A DNA stretch of 64,000 nucleotides, taken from NCBI GenBank assembly GCA_035534875.1, contig DATLRB010000012.1:936-64935 (forward strand). The letters run 5' to 3'. Below, one piece after another: positions 26,414 to 34,405 of the stretch (its first letter is position 1; each line of letters starts with the position of its first letter). The translations under genes were made by a program, and so were the position numbers. The DNA comes from Candidatus Saccharimonadales bacterium. GTDB lineage: Bacteria > Chloroflexota > Dormibacteria > Aeolococcales > Aeolococcaceae. Under the pieces are notes generated by a model. That model did no database searches, was not told the origin of the DNA, and was given only the letters and a program-made list of their open reading frames with translations.

Positions 26414-26797
26414 GTGGTAAACCGAGGTGCGATCACACTCGCATTGATCGTCCCGATGCTCGCGGCGGCGTGGTTGGTGCTCGGCCCTCCGGAGATCGCC
26501 CATGCGAGCGCGTTCTTCGGATCAGGTATTCCTACCCTGGCCGCTGGAGAAGCGGTGATGATTTTGCTAGCCTGGCTGACCGTCCTGATCGCTGCGTGCG
26601 TAACGCTGATGCCTTTATTCCGTGGCATCGCGAGGCTACCGAGAGGTCGACATTCCACCGCTCTCGCAGCGCTGCTGCTCGTCATCGGGCTGATGCTTCT
26701 CACGGTGAGCGCCGTCCAGCGCGCACTTCCTTCTGGGTTGGTGTGCTGTGGATCGGGATCGACAGACCTACGTGAGGCCATCCAACTTGCCCGCTGA
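26414..26797 (+). CDS. Small polytopic membrane protein with a TadE-like N-terminal segment
   Basis: GTG lies 6 nt after the TadC-like stop. NRGAITLALIVPMLAAAWLV resembles the hydrophobic N-terminus of TadE/TadG pseudopilins but lacks the conserved Glu. There are 3-4 hydrophobic helices and the protein ends ...GLVCCGSGSTD.... Confidence 0.4.
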   Translation: MVNRGAITLALIVPMLAAAWLVLGPPEIAHASAFFGSGIPTLAAGEAVMILLAWLTVLIAACVTLMPLFRGIARLPRGRHSTALAALLLVIGLMLLTVSAVQRALPSGLVCCGSGSTDLREAIQLAR

Positions 26798-28286
26798 TGG
26801 CGCTGCGCCCCGCGTGATCGTCGTGCTGCTCGAGGACGAGGAGAGCGCCGAAGCTGTTGCACGAATGCTTCGCGATCTTGCTTCGCAAGGGGCCAACGTG
26901 TCCGCCTCGATCCCACCTATCCGCGGCGTTGGATTCTTCTCGGACGACGAGCAGCAGGCGCAGCTCGACGCTTGGTGGGATTCACAGATTCCGCATAGCG
27001 CCCGCGTCATCTTTGTCCTGGATGATCGGGACGACTTGGCCGGCTGGCTGGCCGGACTCGACGGGACGTGCTATGTCGGGGTTGCGTCAGCCGATCGCAT
27101 GGTCGGCTATGACGACCGACCAGGGCTGCGCGCGTTCCGAGCTCGCTCGCCACTCGACCACGCTGCCGCCGTCATGAGCGACCTCGTCGGCGACGGAATC
27201 TACGACGAGGTAGAAGCGACGAGAATGCGCGCACTTGCGGCGGCGTTCACAGAGGGAGCGGGGTCGATCGCCGGGCCGGCCGTCGGCGCCGACGCCGGAG
27301 CGGAGGAGTCAGGTCCAGACCCCTTCGACTTGCTCATCGCGATGAGCCTTGGCCGTGCCGACGCGGCCGCAGCAGGCGTCAAGTCCGGCGCGGTGCCGAC
27401 GGACGATCTGGCGCCGGGAGCGCGCGGCGGGCTGCGCCTACCAGCCTGGGTTCGTCGAAGGGGAGGTCGACGCCCTGCGAACCAGGGAGCGGAGCTTGAT
27501 TTGGCCAATCTGCTCGTCGCGCGGGGATCGACGATCGTCGCCGTCGGATCACGCAAGGGCGGCGTGGGCAAGACGAGCCACGCCGCAGGCGTGGCGATTG
27601 TGGCGGGCGCTGCTCTCGACGCCGTCGGTCGATGTGCGGCGATCGTCGACGCGAATGTCGCCAATCCTGATGCGTGGGGACAGCTCAATCTGCCACCGGG
27701 AGCGGCCACGGTGCGCGACACAATCGTGGCGTTGGTCGCTGACCACGACCTCCCCAGGCCGGTGCACGCGTCAACGCCTGCGCTCGCCTGTTTCCCTGAG
27801 GCACGAGAAGCATCGGAATACTCGCGAACCGAGATCGGCTTGCTGGCTGCCCATCTCCGCTCACGGTATCCACTTGTCATGGTGGACATGAGCAACAGGC
27901 TGCCCGACCCGACGGGGGGCCCTGCGGCTGCCGCGGCGGCCTACTGGCTCGAGCACGCTGACGTTCTCGTCCTTCCCAGCGCGGTGTCGAAGCAGGACTT
28001 CAATGGCGTGCTCGACTATCTCGACGTGCGGGATCTGCCTTCGGTGATTTTCGCGTCTCTGGTTCCGAGGACGCGACGCAACCGCGAGCACCCCCTCACT
28101 CGACGCTATATGACCGCCATCGAGCAGCGAGTCTACCGGGTGGTCGACATCCCGGATGATGCGGAGCGAGTCCGATACGCAGGTATGCAGGGTGTGCCAG
28201 TTGAAACGGTGTCCGCATCGCTACGAGCGGCTTATCGAGAGCTGGCTGAGGCGATTGTGCTGGCACCTCAAGCGGTCTCGCGATGA
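26748..28286 (+). CDS. TadZ/CpaE-like ParA/MinD ATPase with a long N-terminal (receiver-like) region
   Basis: Canonical deviant Walker A TIVAVGSRKGGVGKTSHAAG, then AAIVDANVANPD. The N-terminal RVIVVLLEDEESAEAVARMLRDL is receiver-like. The start is uncertain: GTG 26748, 26772 or 26814. Confidence 0.7.
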   Translation: MDRDRQTYVRPSNLPADGAAPRVIVVLLEDEESAEAVARMLRDLASQGANVSASIPPIRGVGFFSDDEQQAQLDAWWDSQIPHSARVIFVLDDRDDLAGWLAGLDGTCYVGVASADRMVGYDDRPGLRAFRARSPLDHAAAVMSDLVGDGIYDEVEATRMRALAAAFTEGAGSIAGPAVGADAGAEESGPDPFDLLIAMSLGRADAAAAGVKSGAVPTDDLAPGARGGLRLPAWVRRRGGRRPANQGAELDLANLLVARGSTIVAVGSRKGGVGKTSHAAGVAIVAGAALDAVGRCAAIVDANVANPDAWGQLNLPPGAATVRDTIVALVADHDLPRPVHASTPALACFPEAREASEYSRTEIGLLAAHLRSRYPLVMVDMSNRLPDPTGGPAAAAAAYWLEHADVLVLPSAVSKQDFNGVLDYLDVRDLPSVIFASLVPRTRRNREHPLTRRYMTAIEQRVYRVVDIPDDAERVRYAGMQGVPVETVSASLRAAYRELAEAIVLAPQAVSR

Positions 28287-28747
28287 CTGGATGGATCGCC
28301 ACTGCGCTGCGCGACAGACGATCAGCGGATCGGATGAGCGAACACGCTGTGCGCGAGCAGCGGCTCGCCGGTATCCGCGACGCAGTCGAGGAGTTCACAT
28401 ATAGCTTGGCTTTGCTCATCGCCGGACACGACGCCCCAGAGGACGCTCCGAACCACGATCTGATCGTGCTGCTGCAGCGGGAACTCCGGCCGTTTCTGGA
28501 CGCCGGTGACGCGATGCGTCCCGATTTCGGCTCCTTCGGCGACCTGCGAATCGAAGGGGCACTGCTTCAGCCCGCGGAGCACGTTTTAGTGACACTGGAA
28601 TTCGATGACCGCTGCGCTCGAGAGACGGTGCATGGGCGGGTCATTCCGGCACGAATGCGACGTCTACGGGTGACCATGCACGTCGCGGTCGATCCGGTCC
28701 GCATCATCGACTGCGGAATTTGCGAAATTGGCGGCCGGCGTGGGTGA
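28283..28747 (+). CDS. Hypothetical soluble protein (154 aa) in the locus
   Basis: ATGA overlap with the upstream stop. No TM helix and no motif I recognise. Confidence 0.45.
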   Translation: MTGWIATALRDRRSADRMSEHAVREQRLAGIRDAVEEFTYSLALLIAGHDAPEDAPNHDLIVLLQRELRPFLDAGDAMRPDFGSFGDLRIEGALLQPAEHVLVTLEFDDRCARETVHGRVIPARMRRLRVTMHVAVDPVRIIDCGICEIGGRRG

Positions 28748-29336
28748 GCCAGCGATCACGCCCGCATCGAGCGCGACCACGCCGTTGCGGTCGGCTCAGA
28801 CGCTTCCCGTCCCGCTGGGCGGGCTCACGCCGGCGCACCGACGCGCCACTCCGCTGCAGCACATCGCGCGCCGGCACCATACGGCTCCACTGCTTGCGCT
28901 CGCGGTGATGGCCGCCGCGAGCGGCGTCTGGCTCTCAACGAGCCCGCGCTCCTTCGAAGCTGGCCACGACGCGACAGGCGTGCACATGGACGACATGACG
29001 CTGACACCGGTCACGCACTCGACTCCCGAGATGCAGATGTTCATTGGCGCCGCCGCACTTGCCATCGCGACGACGCGCGCAGGAACGGAGCGGGCTGGCG
29101 CGGTGATGAGCTGGAACGGAGTCCCTACGACCGCGCGCTGTGTGCTTCGCCGCACCGATGCGGGTGCTGCAGAGGTGTGCGATTACCACATTGGGGCAAC
29201 TCGGTTGAGCTCGACTGACGACTATGCCGCCAGCGCGAGAACGTGGCACCGGCGTTACAGCGATGGCATGGAGATCGCGATCACGGTGCCGACGGGTGCC
29301 GCGCTGATACCGATCCCGTTCCCGCTCGGACGGTGA
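28728..29336 (+). CDS. Hypothetical bitopic membrane protein (VirB8/TcpC-like topology only)
   Basis: TTG 28728 or GTG 28740 (GTGGGTGA overlap with the upstream stop). About 50 aa cytoplasmic, TM helix APLLALAVMAAASGVWL, then an extracytoplasmic domain of about 130 aa. Confidence 0.45.
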   Translation: MAAGVGEPAITPASSATTPLRSAQTLPVPLGGLTPAHRRATPLQHIARRHHTAPLLALAVMAAASGVWLSTSPRSFEAGHDATGVHMDDMTLTPVTHSTPEMQMFIGAAALAIATTRAGTERAGAVMSWNGVPTTARCVLRRTDAGAAEVCDYHIGATRLSSTDDYAASARTWHRRYSDGMEIAITVPTGAALIPIPFPLGR

Positions 29337-29358
29337 TCCCGCAGGGCCGCGTTCCGGC

Positions 29359-31140
29359 TCACCCTCCGCGGTCGCGGGGCACGTGGTCAGCGTCGCGAAA
29401 GTATGGAACGCCAGCGAGCTTTCGATAGCGAGCCCGCTGAAACCAGTACGGAAGGCTCACGAATGCGGGCGGACTATCTCGGTGGAGGACGATCGCGCTG
29501 CCCGCGCTGAGCTGGCGCAGGGCGTCCGGAGTCGCCATCGTGTCATGGCGAACGGAGTATGAGTGACTGACTCTGCCATCGGCACCGACATTCACCTGCT
29601 GTTCAGTGAAAGCGGTGCGCCCCACGAGCTTGCCGACCACATCAGCAGTTTCGGGGTCACTGAGCCCAGGAAGCACGACCTTGCACCCATGGTTATTCAG
29701 AATGGTGTTGGCCTTGTCGGTCCCATATCGCGCCCGTAGTTGACTCAGGTCCTGAACGATTGACATCAACATCACACCACGCCCTGCGCCCTGGGAAGCG
29801 AGACCTGGAAGATCGTCGATCGGGACAACATTCGCGAGTTCGTCAAGGAAGAGTCCGAGACTTGGCGATTGCCGGCCAGTCGGGGCCGTCTCCGACCGTG
29901 CGTAGGCGGAGGTGACTACCGTCATGAGGATTCCGACGAAAAGGCTCGCCACCCGCTCGGGAGTCTGCCGCGGGGTGCAGAGGTAGAGGGTGCCACGGCG
30001 ACGGAGGAACTCTTCGGGATCAAAGCGGCTCGACAAGGCAGACTCGGCGACCGCCCGCTCCGTGAAGACGTTGAAGATGCGCATCACCGTCGAGAACACT
30101 GTGCCACGCTCCCGTTCCGGGCGCTGATCTATCGACGCGAGCATCGACATCGCGCGAATCGGGTCGGCGTCGCCCAGACTTCCCGGATCCAGGAGCATGT
30201 CCTCGAGCATGCTGATGGGCGTGGCGATATCGAATCCATGTATCCACGTCCGAACATCAACGATCGTGCGCCCCGTGATCGCGGCGACATAGAGCAGCGG
30301 TGCTATCAGCAACTTGCCTGATTCGGCCCAGTGGGACCAATCGTTGTCTCCGCGCCCCCCACCCTGCTGCAACGAGGCGCAGAGCCACGACGCGACCATC
30401 CAGGCGCGATCGAGGTCGTCGCATCCAGCGAGGGGAGACCAGGTGACCGACCTGAATCGCTCGCCGATTTCGCCGGTTGGGTCATACACATGGACCGGTC
30501 CCATCGATTGACGTTGGCCCGCCGTCAGATCGACCAGTTCGCTCTTGGTGCTGGTGGCAATCGCGGGACCGTCCCAGTCGAAGAGATTCGGGATCACCAG
30601 GCCGGCCGTCTTTCCCGAGCGGGTTGGCCCGATGACCAGGACGCTGGTCTCTGGTTGAGTCACCAGCCGCCGGTGTCCGTGGAGACCGAGGAGAAAGACG
30701 CCACCGCGGCCTGGCCGACCGCGCATCTGTCGCAGATCCGCCCCCCGAGCCCACCTCGCCACGCGTACGACGCGACGTGCGGAAGGCACGAATTGCCTGA
30801 ACCGACCGCGCGCCATCCGGGCAACTTGCATCTTCACCGCGACTGCGCCCACGGTGACGGTGGCGACGACGAGCGAAAGACTTGTCCAGAATTTCCACGC
30901 GACCACGGGTGTTGTCGGCGATACGAGTATCCACCACTGGAACGGCCCGCTCCCGGAGGCGATGCGGCGAACCAGATCACTCGGGGTGATGAAGGAGGCG
31001 GGCGACACACTCGGATGACCGCCGGCGATCCAGGTGGCCACAGTGAGGGCGAGCCACGGTCCGATCCAGAGCGCGATCAGCACACCGCCGGCTCCGACCT
31101 CGCGCCACGCATGGGTCCGATACCGAGGAGCTGCCGACAT
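29359..31140 (-). CDS. Type IV coupling protein (TraG/TraD/VirD4 family)
   Basis: 593 aa with N-terminal TM helices. Walker A VLVIGPTRSGKTAGLVIPNL, Walker B LGLFLDELANVVPI, and downstream GVMLMSIVQDLSQL. Confidence 0.8.
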   Translation of the reverse strand: MSAAPRYRTHAWREVGAGGVLIALWIGPWLALTVATWIAGGHPSVSPASFITPSDLVRRIASGSGPFQWWILVSPTTPVVAWKFWTSLSLVVATVTVGAVAVKMQVARMARGRFRQFVPSARRVVRVARWARGADLRQMRGRPGRGGVFLLGLHGHRRLVTQPETSVLVIGPTRSGKTAGLVIPNLFDWDGPAIATSTKSELVDLTAGQRQSMGPVHVYDPTGEIGERFRSVTWSPLAGCDDLDRAWMVASWLCASLQQGGGRGDNDWSHWAESGKLLIAPLLYVAAITGRTIVDVRTWIHGFDIATPISMLEDMLLDPGSLGDADPIRAMSMLASIDQRPERERGTVFSTVMRIFNVFTERAVAESALSSRFDPEEFLRRRGTLYLCTPRQTPERVASLFVGILMTVVTSAYARSETAPTGRQSPSLGLFLDELANVVPIDDLPGLASQGAGRGVMLMSIVQDLSQLRARYGTDKANTILNNHGCKVVLPGLSDPETADVVGKLVGRTAFTEQQVNVGADGRVSHSYSVRHDTMATPDALRQLSAGSAIVLHRDSPPAFVSLPYWFQRARYRKLAGVPYFRDADHVPRDRGG

Positions 31141-31222
31141 CAGTCAGTTCACGATGCAACACGTTCCTGGACGCAGGCAGGACAGTTGTATGCCCGATGG
31201 CCGGCCAGACCGACAGGACGGT

Positions 31223-32272
31223 TCAGTCCGGCTGGCGACGGGTCAGGAGAATCATGTCGTCTGCGAGTTGATCGAGTGTCGAGTGCAGGAAGCCGCGCAC
31301 GGTCATGGCCCTCACCCGGTCCGCGAGCCATTCGACGCTTTGGCGATCAGTCGCCGCGACGTCAACGACTTCCTCGACAGATGCTGACGACCGCTGCAGG
31401 CGATTGCGGACCAGCAGTTTCAGTTCAGGCAGCATCGATTCGACCGGGGTCGATTCTCGCGACTCTGACCGGTCAGCGTTGGTCTGCGGATACGCAACCA
31501 CGCCGTCGCGGCGCGACCCGAACAGTGCCGTCAGGGTGGCGTTCGGATCGTCGTCCAGGGCACTCGGCCGGTTGAGGTGGTGGGAGGCATATCCCCGCTG
31601 CGGATCCCCGTTGCCCGGCGCGGTGACCTTCGGCGCGGCGACCCAAGATGACCCACTCGGGGTCGCCGATCGGCCGTCACGATCGACGAGGACTCGAATG
31701 CTCCCGACGCCTCCCGCGGCAAGAGCATCAACGAGATCCGAGCCGCCGAGCGCCGGTTGGGATTCGGCAAACGTCGCAGTCTGCCGTCCCTTTTCGACGA
31801 CGGTGACCGCGCGACCCATCGGCGTCGTCAACTCGACGACGAATGTCCCCGCGCGCTCGCGGAGATCACTGAGCAGCTTTGGCCATACCACCCACTCGAG
31901 ACGGAGGTCGCCATAGCAAGGCTCACCCCGGATCAGCGGGCCGATGAGTCCCATCAGGTCATCGGACAATCGGCATGCCGACACAGCGGCCCCTTCAGCA
32001 AGTCGAATCTGCTTCAGCGCCGCATCGCCAGTGGCCCGAGCACCGTCCGCGACCCACACGCTCTCGGACATGACGCCGTCGCGAACGACGACCACGCCCT
32101 CCTGACCGGCGTCGCGCAAGGTGATCACGCCGTTCCCAACAGCGGGCGCAAGCGCATCGAGCACGAGGGCATCGAACGGAAGAGCGTCGAATATCGTCGC
32201 CCCCGCCGGGAGAAGCGGCAGTGACCAATCCCTTCCCAATTCGCCGGTCATCTCGATCAGTATGCCGGTCAA
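31223..32272 (-). CDS. Hypothetical protein with two DUF4388/PATAN-like N-terminal modules, upstream of the coupling protein gene
   Basis: GNGVITLRDAGQEGVVVVRDGVMSESVW...GDAALKQI and AGTFVVELTTPMGRAVTVVEKGRQTATF...GSDLVDAL both fit the 'tG.L.v....g.i.f.~G.iv.A....G.eAl' pattern. TTG 32272 or ATG 32251 are possible starts. The family call is by pattern only. Confidence 0.45.
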   Translation of the reverse strand: MTGILIEMTGELGRDWSLPLLPAGATIFDALPFDALVLDALAPAVGNGVITLRDAGQEGVVVVRDGVMSESVWVADGARATGDAALKQIRLAEGAAVSACRLSDDLMGLIGPLIRGEPCYGDLRLEWVVWPKLLSDLRERAGTFVVELTTPMGRAVTVVEKGRQTATFAESQPALGGSDLVDALAAGGVGSIRVLVDRDGRSATPSGSSWVAAPKVTAPGNGDPQRGYASHHLNRPSALDDDPNATLTALFGSRRDGVVAYPQTNADRSESRESTPVESMLPELKLLVRNRLQRSSASVEEVVDVAATDRQSVEWLADRVRAMTVRGFLHSTLDQLADDMILLTRRQPD

Positions 32273-32337
32273 GGGGCGGCCTCCGGCGGACAGCCGAGGG
32301 ACGTCCGCTCCGCCGCCAAACTGCTAGGGTCCCTGCC

Positions 32338-33114
32338 ATGGATCTGGGGCTTCGCGGACGCGCAGCTTTTGTCGCTGCGTCGAGCAAGGGTATGGGGCGT
32401 GCCATTGCCGATCGGTTCGGCGCGGAGGGCGCCAATGTCGGCATGTGCGCGCGCTCGGAAGCGGCGTTACGGGCGGCCGCGGACGCGGTGCGCGCGCATG
32501 GCGTCCGCGTCGTTGCAACCTCGGCGGACGTCACAGATGCCATGCAGATCGCCACCGCCGTCGAGCGCACCGTGTCGGAGTTCGGAAGGCTCGACGCACT
32601 GGTTGTCAACGCCGGCGGTCCGCCGCGAGCAGTCTTCGGAGACCTCGACGATGACGGGTGGGAGGCGGCGCATCAACTCACCTTCATGAGCGCTGTGCAT
32701 CTCGTCCGGGCGGCACTCCCCGCGCTGCGGCAGTCGGATTCGGCAGCGATCCTGTTCATCACGTCGACCAGCGTCAAGCAGCCGCTCAATGGCCTGACGC
32801 TGAGCAACAGCATCCGTGGCGCGGTCAGTGGTCTGGCGAAGACCCTCGCCAATGAGCTTGCGCCGCATGTTCGCGTCAACTCTCTGCTCCCGGGTTCCAT
32901 CAGAACCGATCGTCAGATTGAGTTGGCGCGTGCCTCCGGGGTCAGCGACCTCGATGCCTTCTTTGCGAGCGCCGGAAGGATCAATCCCCTGGGAAGAGTC
33001 GGCGAACCCGATGAGATCGCGAACGTGGCCGTCTTCCTCTGCTCTCCGCTGGCGTCATTCGTCACCGGGATCTCGATCGCCGTCGATGGTGGGCAGATCC
33101 AGTCAGTCGTCTGA
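32338..33114 (+). CDS. SDR-family oxidoreductase
   Basis: AFVAASSKGMGRAIA (TGxxxGxG variant), NAGG, and catalytic-region S...xxxxK-type LTLSNSIRGAVSGLAKTLA. The C-terminal end is GISIAVDGG. Confidence 0.85.
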   Translation: MDLGLRGRAAFVAASSKGMGRAIADRFGAEGANVGMCARSEAALRAAADAVRAHGVRVVATSADVTDAMQIATAVERTVSEFGRLDALVVNAGGPPRAVFGDLDDDGWEAAHQLTFMSAVHLVRAALPALRQSDSAAILFITSTSVKQPLNGLTLSNSIRGAVSGLAKTLANELAPHVRVNSLLPGSIRTDRQIELARASGVSDLDAFFASAGRINPLGRVGEPDEIANVAVFLCSPLASFVTGISIAVDGGQIQSVV

Positions 33115-33330
33115 TGGCGTCGCTCGGTCAGCACTCGGCGCCGATCCCGTCGGTTCGCACCGAGTCGATGCGGCGGGCGAGCAGCCTCGCCTCGTAGCTT
33201 TCTGCCTGTCCTTCGAGGCGAGACGTGCGAGGCGCGCGGCATCCTGACGAACCCCGTCTTCGATTCGCACCCAGCGAGCGACCTCGCCTTCAGCGGCGGG
33301 CGTCGTGGGCGAGTCGTGCCTATCGCTCAT
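33103..33330 (-). CDS. Small hypothetical protein (75 aa)
   Basis: ATG 33328-33330 is preceded by AAGGAG (5-nt spacer). The first half (MSDRHDSPTTPAAEGEVARWVRIEDGVRQDAARLARLA) is plausible. The second half is Arg/Cys/Pro-rich, and an alternative frame reads ...GQAESYEARLLARRIDSVRTDGIGAEC. A frameshift or different 3' end is possible. Confidence 0.3.
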   Translation of the reverse strand: MSDRHDSPTTPAAEGEVARWVRIEDGVRQDAARLARLASKDRQKATRRGCSPAASTRCEPTGSAPSADRATPSDD

Positions 33331-33409
33331 CGGCGCTCCTTGCAAATGACATCCTGCCCGACCCCCCTTGGGCAGGTGCAACACACACGAGCAATACGGC
33401 CCCGGAACA

Positions 33410-34378
33410 TCAGCAGGTGGTCGTGGTGCTCAGGATCGCGATGATGTTGGGGAGGTTGAAGAGTGCGTGCGTGAGAATTCCGGGAATGATGCTCCGCGAT
33501 CCCTGATACAGCGACGCCAGAACGACCCCGACGAAGAGAAGCGGGAGAAAGAGCACCAATTGCTGATGCACCGCGGAAAAGATCACGGCGCTGAGCGGTA
33601 TCGCGAGCAGAGCCGGCCCCCAGCGATGCAGCCAGCCGTAGATGAATCCACGAAAGATGGTCTCCTCGGAAATGGGCGCGATAACGCAGACGACGATGAT
33701 TGCGAGCACGTAATAGTGGCTGTAGTCGTGCTGCACCTGATGGCACTGTCCGTTGCTGACACCCGGGAATAGGTTCTGGTTGATGGTTTGCAGGTAGCTC
33801 GCTCCAACCAGTGCGACATATGTGGCCACGGGCGCGATCGGGAGCCACCACCACTTGAAGCCGCGCCATCCGAGATCGCGCAGCGTGCCGCCGCGGCGCA
33901 TGAACCCGAGGACGAAGATGTTGGACAGCATGCCGCCGTACTGACATACGGCGAGCACCGACGACTCGATCGCGTTGCGCACCGTCGGGTCTGAATTGGT
34001 GCTGATGAGGTTGGTGAGGAGCACCGCGACTGAGCCAAGCAGCTGGAAGGCGCTGAACCACCCCGGCCAGAACATGACGAAGTCCGTCCAGTCCCACGGC
34101 ACCTTGGGGTCAGGGTCGGCTGGGTCGCGGATCGCCGGGACGTCACGTCGCATTCGCGTGGCGCCAACGGCGAGAATCGCAACTCCGACGATGCACAGGC
34201 CCCCACCGCCGGCCACGGTCAGAAGATCAGTCCCTTCGGCACCGCTGAAGAAGCCGAATGACACGAGAACAAGGAACGCCGCTTCCATGTACAGGACGAC
34301 CCGCGCGGCGTAGTGGCGTCCGCTTTCGGCCTGGTGCGGCGGCACGGCTGCCTGCGCTGGCGTCTGGGACTGAGTCAC
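33410..34378 (-). CDS. CPBP-family intramembrane glutamic endopeptidase (CAAX protease-like)
   Basis: Motifs PISEETIFRGFIYGWL, FSAVH and ILTHALFN, with multiple TM helices. The start is uncertain: GTG 34378, ATG 34288, or the longest ORF ending at 34489. Confidence 0.8.
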   Translation of the reverse strand: MTQSQTPAQAAVPPHQAESGRHYAARVVLYMEAAFLVLVSFGFFSGAEGTDLLTVAGGGGLCIVGVAILAVGATRMRRDVPAIRDPADPDPKVPWDWTDFVMFWPGWFSAFQLLGSVAVLLTNLISTNSDPTVRNAIESSVLAVCQYGGMLSNIFVLGFMRRGGTLRDLGWRGFKWWWLPIAPVATYVALVGASYLQTINQNLFPGVSNGQCHQVQHDYSHYYVLAIIVVCVIAPISEETIFRGFIYGWLHRWGPALLAIPLSAVIFSAVHQQLVLFLPLLFVGVVLASLYQGSRSIIPGILTHALFNLPNIIAILSTTTTC

Positions 34379-34405
34379 CGCGGGCAATTCTGCACAATCC
34401 GTCCT

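Noticed and set aside
30331-31575. 414-aa plus-strand ORF across the coupling-protein region
   Set aside because: It is antisense to the TraG/VirD4-like gene, which has clear Walker motifs. The sequence is low-complexity.
16366-32272. Interpretation of the locus as a standard integrative conjugative element or prophage
   Set aside because: I could not find an integrase/recombinase, relaxase, replication gene, flanking tRNA or obvious direct repeats at 16151-16365 versus 29337-29358 or 32273-32337. Elements outside the window cannot be excluded.
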